DNA of 64,000 nt from Lytechinus pictus (taxonomy: Eukaryota): positions 11,534,001 to 11,598,000 of the forward strand of contig NC_087245.1 of the NCBI RefSeq assembly GCF_037042905.1, in the 5' to 3' direction. The position numbers were made by a program, and so were the translations under genes. Each line of letters starts with the position of its first letter. Within the stretch, counting starts at the first letter, position 1. This document shows, in pieces, positions 23,434 through 36,707 of this stretch. The notes under the pieces were generated by a model, which had not been told where the DNA came from, did not search any database, and saw only the letters and a list, made by a program, of their open reading frames with translations.

Positions 23434-24080
23434 GGGTGATTTCAAGTACGGTGTTGAAATCTGGTGCTGGTGTTGTGACAACACCAGCACCAGCCACAAC
23501 ACCGTACTTGAAATCAGGCTGGTGTTGGGATTGACCTTGGAAAATATGACGTATTTCCGGCAGTTCGTATTGAAGGCTGGTGTTGAATGTCATCTGCTGA
23601 ACCCAGCACTGCGGCTGGTGTTGACGATCTACATGCAATTTCCCCATTCAGCAACACCAACCCCCAGGGATTGGTAAAATCGTGATTTCAAGTTCGGTTT
23701 TGGTGTTGATGAACTGTAAGCTCACGAACAGGCGGCAAACACGATGAAACATCCCCGTAAAATTATCTTTTACAGTTAAGATTAGTGCAAATAATTAGAG
23801 CTTTATACATTTTAATGAAAAATAATATTTACGCTTTCTGATTCTTGCAGTGATTTTAACCTTGCATTTTGCACGATAGGATTTTATTGCAATTTCTCCC
23901 CGATTTCACTTTCGTCGTCGAGAATTTCTTGCGTAAAGTTGAGATGATCAGCAGAGACGTGATGTCATAGGCAATTGATAACGCGATCAGTATCGCTCCT
24001 CTGAACCCAGCTCGGTGTTGGAGCTCGGTTCAGCAGCCTTTTCACGCTCTCAACACCAAACACCGTACTTGAAATCACCC
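23434..24080. mobile_element. MITE with 22-bp TIRs and a 3-bp TSD (AAT), Harbinger-like
   Basis: GGGTGATTTCAAGTACGGTGTT...AACACCGTACTTGAAATCACCC, with AAT on both flanks. Confidence 0.8.
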
Positions 24081-24500
24081 AATATATTGATAATTGATAG
24101 TGGTAGAAGTAGGAAGCAATGAAAGGCAAAGAGCACTCTGTTCCTTAAATTAAAGCTAGTGCATTCCTTTTCTACCAAAACGTCTGCAAAACATAATCAC
24201 ATTTTATACAGGGTTTTCTGTGTATCGAAATCTCTTATTAAAAACTGATTTTGAAATCTTTTTTGGTTTTAGGTCAAGCTGCTGCTTCTGTACTCTGCAT
24301 TCAAGAAATTATTTGAGATGTATCACCAATTTCACATGATGAAATTTTGTACAAGTACTTTGAATCTTTGATTCCACAATTGATTGACTTAGTATTAATA
24401 CAATATACTTTTTATGCAAATAACATAATGTTATGGTAAATTTCCATCTTTCGATGAAAGCCATATTTTATTTGATAGTAATAGTAACTAAAATGATAAT

Positions 24501-24739
24501 TATAATGCATCTTATACAGTGCCGAATCCTCTCTATATAGCATTTGAGATGCTTGCTTCCATGTAAGTATTCAATTTGGTATTCACTCTATGTATACTTT
24601 CATCATTATTATTACATGTATTATAATGCAACTTATACAGTGCCGAATCCTCTCTGTATAGCATTTAAGAAGCTTGCCTCCATGTAAGTATTCAATTTGG
24701 TATTTACTCTATGTATACTTTCATCATTATTATTACATG
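24501..24739. repeat. Tandem duplication, 2 x about 121 bp
   Basis: ATAATGCA.CTTATACAGTGCCGAATCC...ATTATTACATGT occurs twice with few substitutions. Confidence 0.9.
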
Positions 24740-24839
24740 TTCAAACTTTAAAGTATTTATTTCCTAGGCTAATTTCTTGGTGCTGTTTTAGGTGAGATGT
24801 TTTATATAGTTAGGTTTTATATTGGTGGGAAACAACCGT

Positions 24840-24985
24840 CATTGTGTTTGGTTTATCAAGACAGCACCTAACAAGCTGCGAAAAAGCTATGAATCCAGTG
24901 ACCGGGTAATAATAATTATGAAGTGCTTTGAGCAGTCGTAGATTGATAAAGCGGTATATAAAAAGCCAATCATTATCATTATTAT
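24840..24985 (+). mobile_element. SINE 3' fragment with L2-type tail
   Basis: TGAAGTGCTTTGAGC...AAGCGGTATATAAAAAGCC followed by (ATT/ATC)n. Confidence 0.5.
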
Positions 24986-25442
24986 ATAAAATATACTTGA
25001 CCAGGTGCATAAAAGAAACCAATTTCATTTTTAACCTGTTACTAGTCTTATGCTTGAATGAGCTTAATTGCTTGTGGTTCTAGTTTAAGCAAATCTTGCA
25101 TGTAGTTACTCTTTTGTATGCATCCAGTCCAGTGATTTTCCCAAAGTGCATGAATTATGAAATCATTTTTTTACCAGAGTTCAAAACAGTGTGTGTATTT
25201 TTTATTGTAGTATTAGAAATGTATCGCCAATACCATTCCAAATTATTTTCCTAATAAAGTATGTGAATTATGGAATTCTGTGATTGTTTTTTTAATCTCT
25301 TTGATCTCTGTTGTAAACATGTATTGTAGCCTCTGGATTTTCAACTTTAAGATAAATCAGACCTTTCTGTTTTTCCCCGAAATTTGATAATGAATGAAGT
25401 TCTTGTTTGCAAGTGTAAGTACCTGTCTATTACATCAGGGTC

Positions 25443-26173
25443 AAGTATAGCACAATATGGATGAATGTTCAATCTTGAAGTTAAGCTGTTATGACAATAC
25501 ATGTAATTGGCTCATCTTTGAACCCCCCCCCCCCCCCAAGTGATCACTCCATTTCATACAATTCATTTAAATTTCCCTTTTTCATTTGCCCTCCCTCTTT
25601 ATCCTTCATGAGCAAAATTTTCAAATAAAAGAATTGCTAGAAACATTGCAAACAAAAAGTGCATGCAGAGCAAAAAGAAGAATAGGCACCGCTTTTGTGG
25701 CAGTGTCGGTTGTGTCAAACGCTAATAACCCCAAGACTAGGTAAAGTTCATCACATTTAATGTATGGGTTCTTTTAAGTATAGCACAATATGGATGAATG
25801 TTCAATCTTGAAGTTAAGCTGTTATGACAATACATGTAATTGGCTCATTTTTTCTTCCTCTCTCTCTCTCTCTTCTTGGCCTTTATTTACAAAGATGGAG
25901 AAAGTTAAAGCATGGTGGTCTTGAACCCCCCCCCCAAGTGATCACTCCATTTCATACAATTCATTTAAATTTCCCTTTTTCATTTGCCCTCCCTCTTTAC
26001 CCTTCATGAGCAAAATTTTCAAATAAAAGAATTGCTAGAAACATTGCAAACAAAAAGTGCATGCAGAGCAAAAAGAAGAATAGGCACTGCTTTTGTGGCA
26101 GTGTCGGTTGTGTCAAACGTAATAACCCCAAGACTAGGTAAAGTTCATCACATTTAATGTATGGGTTCTTTTA
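25443..26173. repeat. Tandem duplication (about 333 bp and about 398 bp); the first copy lacks about 70 bp
   Basis: AAGTATAGCACAATATGG...ATGGGTTCTTTTAA at 25443 and 25776, nearly identical. Confidence 0.92.
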
Positions 26174-27387
26174 ATATTCATTAAAGAATTTTATCAAAGT
26201 AAATAAACTAGTACATATATGAGATGATTACAGTATCAGATACATATAAAACAAATTCACACTAAATGAATTTTATTATGTGATGAAAATTTAGGGTCAT
26301 TAATTATTCACAGTCTAAGGTAATTTCAGGTTTTAAAAATATTTTGGATATACTGGTAAATGAATTTTTCCCTATTAAACTACATAGTAATAAGATCTAT
26401 TAATTTTTATTATCCTTTAGAGCTTAATGTAGACAAGACCATGACACAGGTAAAGTACACCCAAAGACAAAAATTGCATAACTGACAATTTGATCAAAAG
26501 CAATGTAAAATAAAATGGTGATGCTGCACTTATACGAAATATTTTTTTTATTAAACATTTCCCTAAATAATGGAATGTGTGATTACTGATATCTGCAGTG
26601 AAGAATGTTATTAAAAAATTAATAATGAAATACAAAAGAACTAGTAATTGCACTTGCGACATCATCAGCTCCCTCATTTCATACAGTCCAACATACTGTT
26701 TTGTGAAAATAAGCGAAACTTAAAAAACACCATCTTTTTTTTCATCTGATGAAATTTGCATGCTAATTGTTTTATTTTAATTCTCTTGCTGGGATGAACT
26801 CAATTTCACCTTTGATTTATTTCAATCATAGACCAACACCAATTATCTTGAATCAGATTTTAAAGTGGCGGGTGACTTTGGGTTAAATGAGGCCCTGAAA
26901 ATGATGATGGAAGATAGTTGATGCGAAAATGGTGCAGGGCTTACCCAAACCCTTACAATGCAGGATATAAGCAGTGTTGACTTTGTGACTTTGAAATAGA
27001 TATACATGTATATATATATATATGTATACAAAAAAAAAATATATATATATATAATTTTATTTTGTGTATATATATATATTTTTTGGAGGATATTTCATCT
27101 GCGAAAAAATTTGACAAGCTTAAAAAAAAATAAAGGTCTTCACCCACAAATGAAGGGTTTCTTACCACAAAAAAATTTGACAAGCAAAAAAAAAAAAAAA
27201 AACCATGTTAAAACCTAAGTGTTAATAATGCAAAATGAATGAATATGAAATGTAATTAGATTAACTGGTTATGAGAAAAAATGGTGATTAGACGAAGTGG
27301 ACCAAATGATTATTGGACCAAGTTGTTGCTAGACGAAATGTTGCTGGATGGAATGGCATTAGAATAAATGAAAGTAGACCATGTGGT

Positions 27388-27596
27388 CATGGGCGGAAAT
27401 CCCAGGTGGGGTGTGTCGATCCCCCCTACCAAAAATAGTAGGGGGCGGACATACAATATCAAATGTCCCCCCTACTATTTTTCGTCTTTTATGATGGAGA
27501 AAAAATACATCATTCACAATCGAAATAATACATGCATTTAGGACTTAATGACCTTACCCCACCCCACCTACCTTTGGGGACAGATCTCCGCCCATG
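27388..27596. mobile_element. hAT-type MITE with 8-bp TSD
   Basis: CATGGGCGGAAATC...GATCTCCGCCCATG flanked by CATGTGGT on both sides. Same family as 33988-34330. Confidence 0.85.
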
Positions 27597-27879
27597 CATG
27601 TGGTGAGTAGACGAGTTGGCAGTAGACGAATTGACAATTTAACTTGAATACTGTCATAAAAATTACCAATTCATTTGCTTCTTGGAAGACACCATAATTG
27701 CTGATACAGGAGAGATCATAGTGGAATATTTGGGTGAGAATTCTGTTATTTTGTATATGATATGATATTAATATTCATAGTTTTATTTCGAAATTCTGCC
27801 CTTCATTATATGATGTTTCACATGACATGTAAATGAAATTAATGTTTTGAAGAATATCGGTGTTATAATTCAAGACAAT

Positions 27880-28045
27880 TCGTTCCAGCAACGCGCGGGT
27901 CAACGACAACGCATCTGCCAGGCCAGAGGCCGGGGTGGGCAGGCCAGAGCCAGGAGCGCCTCCCACATCGCCGCTGGGCCTGGGGCAATTATTATAGGGG
28001 GCCGCAGTTGGACCTCGACTGCCGGCTGCCGACCTTATCAATGAA
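27880..28045 (+). promoter_or_regulatory. Short GC/CpG-rich island; candidate promoter or first non-coding exon of the 30676-32164 gene
   Basis: Local GC spike with a GGGGTGGGC box and TTATATAG in an AT-rich background, about 2.6 kb upstream of the acceptor at 30607. The link to the gene is inferred. Confidence 0.4.
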
Positions 28046-28349
28046 AGACTTTTGATCTTGCATCTCTAGAAGTGGAAGCATGGGTCTTGATCTATGTGAA
28101 AGTGTATTTTAACAAAAAAATCCAAATATATTTATTAATAATATATTATTAATGGAAAATAACATTTTATTTTTAACAATAATAACATAACTCGATCAGT
28201 CACACTCACACAGTGTCTGTGACTAGCCTTGACTTGAGGAAGTTGAGGACTCCATCAGTCCATGATGATATTTTTTGATATTTTGACATATACTTCTTCA
28301 TCATGGAGCCTTGAACCGCCTCCCATATATGCATAAGTGAGACCTCCAC

Positions 28350-29026
28350 TAGGGTGTCTGGAGAAAAAAATTATTTTTCTTATTTCAAGGAAATATCACA
28401 TTTTCTTTGTGAATTTGAAGAGAAAAAACCTTCAGACTGACAGAAATGTAATATTTTTTGAAAAAAATCCAATTATTGGCTGCAAAAAAGAAGAATGAAA
28501 TTAGGTCAATTTTCAGCATTTTCCTGCCATAGACTGTGTAGTTAAGAAATGGACACACACAAATCCTAATTTTTAGCTTCCGAGAGCTGTTATAAATTTA
28601 TTATTGATGCCAAAAACTTGTCCATAAAGTGCCTTATAGGAATTTTTATGCTCTTTCTGATGGTATGATTTTTATAAAGATTTGGAAACCAGATCATAAT
28701 GAAAAAATGCGACAAAGTGAAAAAATTTGTGCAAAACAGAAATTTCATTTTCCCATAGAAAACGCATGGGGAAAAAACATTCTCAACACACACACAAATA
28801 AGGGTTTGCAATTTATCTCTAAATCCTTATTTCAAATAATCCTATAAACTTGTCCTTACTGTCAAAAGAATCCCCTGAATTTTCTCTTTCCATACATGCC
28901 AAAGAAAAGTTAATAGTCAATTCAGATCACATTTTTTTAGCAGCCTGAATTTCCCGAAAAGCCATATTTTCCCCTAAATCAGCCTGTCTTATGCTGACAC
29001 TTTTCAGTGTGGCTTCAGACACCCTA
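28350..29026. mobile_element. Non-autonomous TIR element with 7-bp TSD
   Basis: TAGGGTGTCTG...CAGACACCCTA flanked by CCTCCAC at 28343-28349 and 29027-29033. Confidence 0.85.
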
Positions 29027-29536
29027 CCTCCACACTCGGATGGATTTCCCATTTTCCCTAGGAAATTCATTTTTAGAGGGTGAAATCGGTTTTATCAGTG
29101 AATTTTATTGATATTTGAACCTTCAAACGCCTAATGCGTATGAAGGGATGAAAATTATTTCACTATGAATGGCAAAAATGAGAGGTTTCTTACCAGACCG
29201 ATCTCGTGTAGATCCCTCAATCCGTTTGTCAACAAAGCAAATACAATATGTCTGACCCTTGAACCGCTTCCTTATGACGTACCTTTGATTAGCGATGTTA
29301 CAAAATGCCGTTTTGAAGAACAATTCATAGATAAATATTATTATTTAACAAATACTAAAATTTATTACGTGATTATAAATATTATTATAATAATAATTAA
29401 CTCTATCAAAAGCAAACTCCCATAAAATTGTGCCGTGTAACGTCAGTTACCGTGAAAATGCCTAAATAGATATGCAAATTCATTATTGTAAATATGTTCT
29501 TGTTGAGACTCATACTCCTGATTGGGGGTCGATAGA

Positions 29537-29736
29537 GGGCAATTCCATTAAATAATCAACCTTTTTGTACGTCCAACCCTCATTTTTCTCAAGTTTTACT
29601 TCACTTCATAAACTGACCAAGTCATGGCCATTTGAGAACATTACATACTGTTAAAAGAACAAGAAATCAGAGACAGAAATTGTCATGAAGGTCCCACATA
29701 TAGGGGGTTGGACGTACATATTTTAAGAAATTGCCC
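29537..29736. mobile_element. Small MITE with 4-bp TSD (TAGA), possibly Sola-like
   Basis: GGGCAATT...AATTGCCC with inner inverted GTACGTCCAACCC/GGGTTGGACGTAC, and TAGA on both flanks. Confidence 0.65.
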
Positions 29737-30202
29737 TAGAGTTTAATAAAATCTTATCTTATTTATTTCTTATAAAAAGTTAGTTCAGTAAACCATTGTC
29801 TTTACGTATGGGCCTCCATGACTTCAGTCTCTGTATTGGTGAGTGGTGCCATCGTTGTTCAGGGGATCAACCAATGTACAAAGACTGAAGCTTTTGGTCT
29901 ACCTACATGTAATTCCCTAAATGCTAACCCAGGCCAGGCAGGCTCACACCTGGCGAACTTTTGACCATAGCTTACGAATGTTTTTCTTTATTTCTGTCAA
30001 ATATTTATGCCAACACTCAGTGACCATTGCATTGGTCTCTGTTACCCCATTTTCAATCAAAGTTATAAGCATATATATCAAGTCATCATAAATTTGGAAG
30101 AGAAAAATCATGCTTATGTGAAAGCCAACCAAATATGAGCTTGTAGTTGGTCTTGTTTTATTGTTTTATATATTGGAGCAGAAAGTTTGAAATGACTAAT
30201 TA

Positions 30203-30463
30203 CAGGCATGGATCCAGGGTCTTACTTAAATGGGGTACCAATGTGCCTGAAAATTTTGACAAGCAAAAAAACAGGTCATCAATAAAATTGGTAGACATTC
30301 CGTCCCCAAAAACTTTTGTCAAGGGGAAAAAGGGGGTCATCAGAAATATTGGTGGATATTTCTTCCCTGCATGCTGCATCGGCTGCACAAGCATATTTCC
30401 AAACTTTACAGGGTGCTTGTCCACCCCCCCCCCCCCCCACTACCAATCCTGGATCCGTGCCTG
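30203..30463. mobile_element. Degenerate MITE (CAGG termini)
   Basis: CAGGCATGGATCCAGG...CCTGGATCCGTGCCTG. No clear TSD. Confidence 0.6.
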
Positions 30464-30675
30464 AATCGTGATTTCTTGTGGGAATATTATAAATGTGGGC
30501 TGATTAAAACATGAGTTATTTTAGTATGGCATGCAATCATTTTATAACAAAATATCACTTTGTTGATCCGAATGATTAATAATTGGTTGTTTGTTGTATG
30601 ATTTCAGATAATCTTGCCTCTGAAGCATGACTGGCACTGCTACAAGTCCCTTATCCAGAAATCGTGCATTAATCA

Positions 30676-32164
30676 ATGAATGGCATCTTTTTAACTGAAG
30701 GAAAAACTCAAAACATGGCAGATAGAGCAGACAAACTTCCATCTAAGAAGGGTGGCCCAGTAACTCTAATTGTATCAGCAGCCAGTGCTTCCCAACAACC
30801 ATCAATGAGGATAGCTTCTAGTATTGGATCAGTCAAAGATTCATCTACGTTGCTTCAATCAGTTAAAACAGGGCCAGGTACTGTCTTCATTGACATCTCA
30901 CAGGCTAAAAAGCCAGCTGCAATTGAGAGGAAGGCAGTGAACACCACAGCTAAAGAAACATACACATTGCAGAACTCTCCTACAAGTCACAGTCATAGAC
31001 CACCAAGTAGATATAAAGTGACTGCTCCACAAAGAATGGCAACAAGAAGCAGAAAGGATCTTCTGGTAAAGGAGCCTCCAAAGTCAAAGAAAAGGAAGTC
31101 TACTGCAAAGAGCAAACCTAATCCTAAAAATCCTAAAACTCCTAATACCGCAGTGAGTAGATCAGGATCAACTTCAAAGACGATGTCACCAAGGAAAATT
31201 TTCATAAACAACAAAGCTTTAAATTCCAATCAGGTAGTTACAGTAGCCACTGCTAAAACACATCCCAGTAACTCTAAGCTAAATCTCCAACGTAGTTCAA
31301 GTATGGTTGATGTCACAGTGAAATGTACTCCATCAAGAAGGTAAGAATTCCATGAAGAACAGATTAGATCTCTACTATGTTCTGTCATACTGATAATTTG
31401 CATTGTTAAAATCACTCATATGCATTGATGCATAGCTTCTCATCTTCAGTGACTTAAGATGTCATTGGTAAAAAGTTTAATAATTATAAAAATTGACACA
31501 TTGGAGTAGCCTTGCTGCAACACCAAATAGATTCATGGTTCTCAAATATAAGTAGTATAGAAGATTTGTTTTGTGGCAACTTGACTACTTCGCATACTGG
31601 AACACATCTACTGGTAAGCTTTTACAATCTAAAAATAGATTTGATGAAATGCAGCTAAGATTTTGGGTTATTACAATTTTCTACTCCTTGAGTTTGGGTT
31701 AATGGTTCAATTTTACAGCTTATCAACTTAGTCACACCCATGAGACTTAAGTTATATGTAGAACTTGTTTAATTTGAATGGTTCATGCTTGTATGTCTGA
31801 TGTTGTTCTTTGCGGCTAATGTATATCTTTTTCTTTGCGGCTAATTCTCCTTCCCCCCACTTTGTTAACCAGCCTCCCCAGACTATCAACCTCCGATCAC
31901 CATGACCATAGCTATGTGTACAGCTCCAGAGATCTTAAAGAACTCAAAGATATAAAGGATTTGAAGGCCAAGGCACTCAAGAATGCAAAAGTGGTGGAGA
32001 AGTTAATGAAAGATCGGAGGATGCTCAGGATGAGGAATTTCAGAGCAAATAAAAAGATTGAGAGACTCAAGAGGGCTGTTGAATTAGAACAACAGATGCA
32101 CAGGGAAACCCGTCAAACCCTCAAAGCTGTGATGCAAGGTTTGCACTTACAGTATCCAGATTAG
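30676..32164 (+). CDS. Uncharacterised basic protein (about 318 aa) with HCF-1-binding motif DHSY and C-terminal coiled coil (THAP-family-like C-terminus)
   Basis: Coding exons 30676-31340 (AG|GTAAG) and 31873-32164 (CAG|), phase-2 join in frame. NLS-like PPKSKKRK. DHHDHSY is followed by a heptad-rich helix. Alternative start at ATG 30715. Confidence 0.8.
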
Positions 32165-33987
32165 AGTTATCATCAAGGGTTGGCTTTTGGATGAAAATCA
32201 AGAGAATCTGGATCACCCTAAAATGAGGTGAGCCTGCTTATGTTGAATCTCTTGGAACCACAAAACTCTAGTTTGAAATCTAGGTGAAATCACATACTTT
32301 GCATAATCTCATCTGTAAAAATGTTTAAATTGGCAATGATGTGACTAATAGAAGTTGATGTAAGGAGACTTAATCCCAGCCTCATAAAACACTACTTATG
32401 TGATACTGAATTGAAAGTCTCTTCGAATCTCTTGTTTGCTTCAAACATGAGACAAAGGGCAAATTTTGCTCATAAAATTGTAAAATGGTATTGGCTTTTA
32501 AAGCATAAGGGAAATTGCATAATCAGTGTCTTTATGAAAACCATTAATCATCAGAAAATCTTTAAAAGCATATTCACTTTTGTTGGATACTGTATTTAGC
32601 TCAAATATAAAGACACACATGGGAGCATGTGACATTTCACAATAGTGATTTTCATTCCATTTTATTCTTTTTACTGAACTCAGAGCAATTTTTAGATGGC
32701 TATTGATTGCACTTGGCATGTCAAATACTGGTGTGCCAAATATAGCATTCAAGAATCAAGATGTCCATCATCTCTAATTTATCTCGCATGATTTGACCAA
32801 GGATTATTCAAAAGGTGTTTGCAAGTGGGCATGTGTAACTGTAACCTATCCATTTTATTTAACTCTGAAAGTCATAATAGGTCCATCCATCTTTTGCCTC
32901 TTTGTTTTTTTATTCATCTTGATGAGAAAAAAAACTTGATAGAAACTTTGATAATTTTTGTTTTTATCTTGCTACTCACTAGCTAAATAAGAAACTGTAT
33001 TTATTCTTTGTTTACATTTTGAAACTGGCATTATATTGGATTCCAAATGCATGTTACATCAACCTTTGTATAGAGTACTGAAGTGATGATGTTTCAAAAA
33101 TCTTCTTTTTTTTTACTTCAGCTTTTGTTATATATGTCATACCTGGATGGAGCTTGCAAAAATATATCAACAACCCAAATTTTGTGGGAATTGGTAAATG
33201 GGGGCCTAAGATAGGACCTCATGTGTGCATAGTTAGCCCCTTTGAAGTTTATGTATTACCATATATTACTGGCCTGGTTCATTGCATTTAGAATAACGCG
33301 AATAATACATTGATTTCAGTGGAGCTAATTATGTATACATGAGGTCATGTCTTGGCATTCATGTACCAATTCCCTTCAAGGTTTTGCTGCGGGTGCATTT
33401 CATCATGCTCTACAAAAATCAAAAACACTGAAATTTATGCAAAAGAAAAATTTATGAGGGCAGACTTGGTACTTTGTAGAGATACAGCTCTGGTTTTGGT
33501 TCGTATGTTGTTTTTGCAAAAACCTGGTTATAATTATTTGCGATACACCCAAGAATAAGGAAAGCAATGGTTATTTAGCTACAAAGTTATGTATTCCTTA
33601 TTGCTTGAAGGGAATATGCTTTGGCGTTGGTGACTCTCCAAGAAGTTATTTTTGTTATCACTCAACCTGTACACTATTTATGCAAAACGGGATGTTTGCT
33701 CATTATGAAATGTCCTATATGTAGCTAAAATGGCTATTTATAAGTACCGGTAACTCTGCCTATTAAATCTCTCTTGAGACTACAGATTTTTTTCTTTGAC
33801 TTGATTTAGAATTAATGTGAATGAGGAAAATAACACTTGTTTTATATATATAATGTGGTCTAAAATAATACTTTGAGTGAGGTGATTAAGGTCAGCTTAT
33901 GCAGCTTTATTTGAATTTCTATGTGAACATCATTAGTTTTTCAATATATTAGTGGTCCCAAAGATAGCAACATACTTCACATACAGC

Positions 33988-34232
33988 CATGGGCGGAAAT
34001 CCCAGGGGGGACGTGTCCCCCCTATTCAAAATAGTAGGGGGGATGCAATATCAAATGTCCCCCCTACTATTTGTGGTCTTTTATGATGGTAAGAAATACA
34101 TAATTCAAAATCGAAATAAAACATGTGTTTTAGGACCAGATGACCTTACTTTTGGGATGATAATCTTTTTTTTTTTTTTTTGCTTGTCAAATTTATTTTC
34201 GTCAAAATGACCTTAAATTGGGGGGGAGATAA

Positions 34233-34272
<40 letters not shown>

Positions 34273-34330
34273 TGTCAAATTTTCCAGCCCCTTGCCCCCC
34301 CCTACCTTTTGGGAGAGATTTCCGCCCCTG
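33988..34330. mobile_element. hAT-type MITE with 8-bp TSD
   Basis: CATGGGCGGAAATC...GATTTCCGCCCCTG flanked by CATACAGC on both sides. Confidence 0.87.
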
Positions 34331-35426
34331 CATACAGCATGCTACTTTGTAAATTATTCTGTATTCAGAATTCTTCATTGATGACTTAACATTTTGAATT
34401 TGATATCACAACTTGGCCTATTTGCATGTTTGACACAACACTCAAAATTTAAATTCCAAACAACATATACTAGGCCAGACAATGTAAAAGACAGTAATTA
34501 CTGTCTTTTTACTTTTTGTCTCTGTATATTGTTCTGATCATATGTCTAACAGCATTACCAGGAAAGAAATGTAAATGTAATATGTTATTTATTCATTTTC
34601 AAGAAATGCATCTGCAAGTTATTAAATACATGAGTTCACATGAATTGTCAAAGAGTCATACTTTTGCACTGCTTTGTACTCATGCTTTCTAACATATACA
34701 GTTCTTGAGAGAGGAGCACTTGGGTAATGGTAAAAAGAGGTCTCTTATAAAAAGATTTTCCCCATTGGCATTTGCCCTATAAATAAATTGGTGGAAATAT
34801 ATGGTAAATATTTGACTTGATTTTCTCGAAATAGTTTTCACCAATATGACAGTTCGTATGAACTAAGACAAATTATCCCATTTGCTTTTTTAAAGTGGTG
34901 GGCCGGCAAGAGGTTTTGCACCACGTTAATTGGTGCCAGATATAAAAATGGCTCCAAAAAGAACAATGAATAAAAAAAAGTACCACCAAAAATGAAAATT
35001 ATTTACGTTGACCTTTCGTCAGATAAGCAAATAACTTTTTTATTTGTTATAAAAAAAAATCCTCTTGTAATTCTCATAATCACATCCCTTCTTTAGAGCT
35101 TAAAGTTATTCAGGGAGAGAGATAAGTGTCCGGCACTGCCCCAGAGATAGGGGCATGGATCCCCAAAAAAAAATAAAAAGAAAGAAATAAAGAAATGATA
35201 ATAATAATAGTTCACGACTTGGAAAAAGGGAGAGAAAAAGAAAGAAACGGAAAGAGGAATGATGAAATATACTATTTGCTGATAAATATGTCAAAACCTA
35301 TACAAAAAAATGACTTTTGTATTAAAAGTTTTTTTTTTCTCTCATTCGCTTGCAACATTTAAACAAATTTGCCCCATACTCCATGTCTGGTCCCCTCAAA
35401 ATTGTGGGTCATTACGCTACTGGTGT

Positions 35427-35777
35427 CCGGTGTAGCGGCGGATCTGGTGATGGGCAGATAGTGTTCCTAGAACAGTATCTGCCGGCGGATCTTGTTCCAA
35501 CTCCGGCGGATTCAAAACCAATTTTTCTTCGGCAGATATCGTTCTTGCTATCATTTCTCGATCTGCATGCACACGGTGCCCATTTCCTTCAAAATTATAT
35601 AGGACCTACCATTTTTATTCATATATTTTAATAGGAAAATAAATAATAAGAAAATCAAACCCCCGGTCAAACCCGGCAGATATGTTTCCGAGTAAAGAAC
35701 GATATCTGCCGTTAAAGAACGATACCTGCGAGCGGATACAGTATCCGCCGGTGGAACCAGATCTGCCGCTACATCGG
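35427..35777. mobile_element. MITE-like inverted-repeat element
   Basis: CCGGTGTAGCGGCGGATCTGG...CCAGATCTGCCGCTACATCGG with internal GGCAGATA/TATCTGCC motifs. TSD not resolved. Confidence 0.65.
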
Positions 35778-36707
35778 TCACATAAGTAAGCGAGGTTAAC
35801 TCTCTCGAGAGAGATGTATGAGGACTACCTGGAAGTAAAACACACATTTTCTAATTTAGTTTGAATTTAAAAAAAATGATATAACATTGAATGCCCTCAA
35901 CTAAAGTCGTGCGAAGCACCTGAATATTCTTGGGAATAAAAGTGACGAAAATAAATCTGAACTGGCAGAAATGTTTCATAAGTTCAGTTAAATCTCAGGC
36001 AGATACGGGTTTCGGCAACGAGTTTAAGTATATCAATATCTCTTTCATTGCTATTGTGTCACCAATTTGAATTATATTTGCTATGGAAGCTTTAGATTTC
36101 ATAATTTGCCCGTGATCTCACATTCTATATTGAAAAACATATTTTGGAAAACGGGAAGGACACGAAAATGAATTTTTAGGCAAAGAAAAGTAAACTAAAA
36201 TGACAGATCTCCGCGGAGACGTATCTAATTGATCTACAAGCTATTAATGCTCATTAGTTATAAATGTATCTGGTCTGTTATCAGTTTGGTCCATTCTTGT
36301 ATTCAGTTAGTGTTATTTCCATTTGCTGTCTAAAATCAACTTTGTCTACTCATTATTTTTCACTTTGTCTAATGAAAATTTGGTCTTATAAACAGTTCGT
36401 CTCATCATACAGAAGAAGTGGTGTTAGACCGAGTGGTTATTTAGAAGAAATAAGTAAATTGACCAAATGGTTAGTAGATGAACTAGGATTAGACCAAGTG
36501 GGATGCTACCAAATGAAAAGTAGACAAAACGGATTTAGACCAAGTGACAGTGACCTTTTGTCTTCACGTTATGTGTATAATTCACCTTCTGATAATAAAC
36601 CCTTTCCAACTTTAAATAATTGTGGCCAGTCCACCTCAACGAAAATTGATTCATTATTATTGTTATTATTATTATTATAAAAGGAAAAATCCAACAAGCA
36701 TAACATT

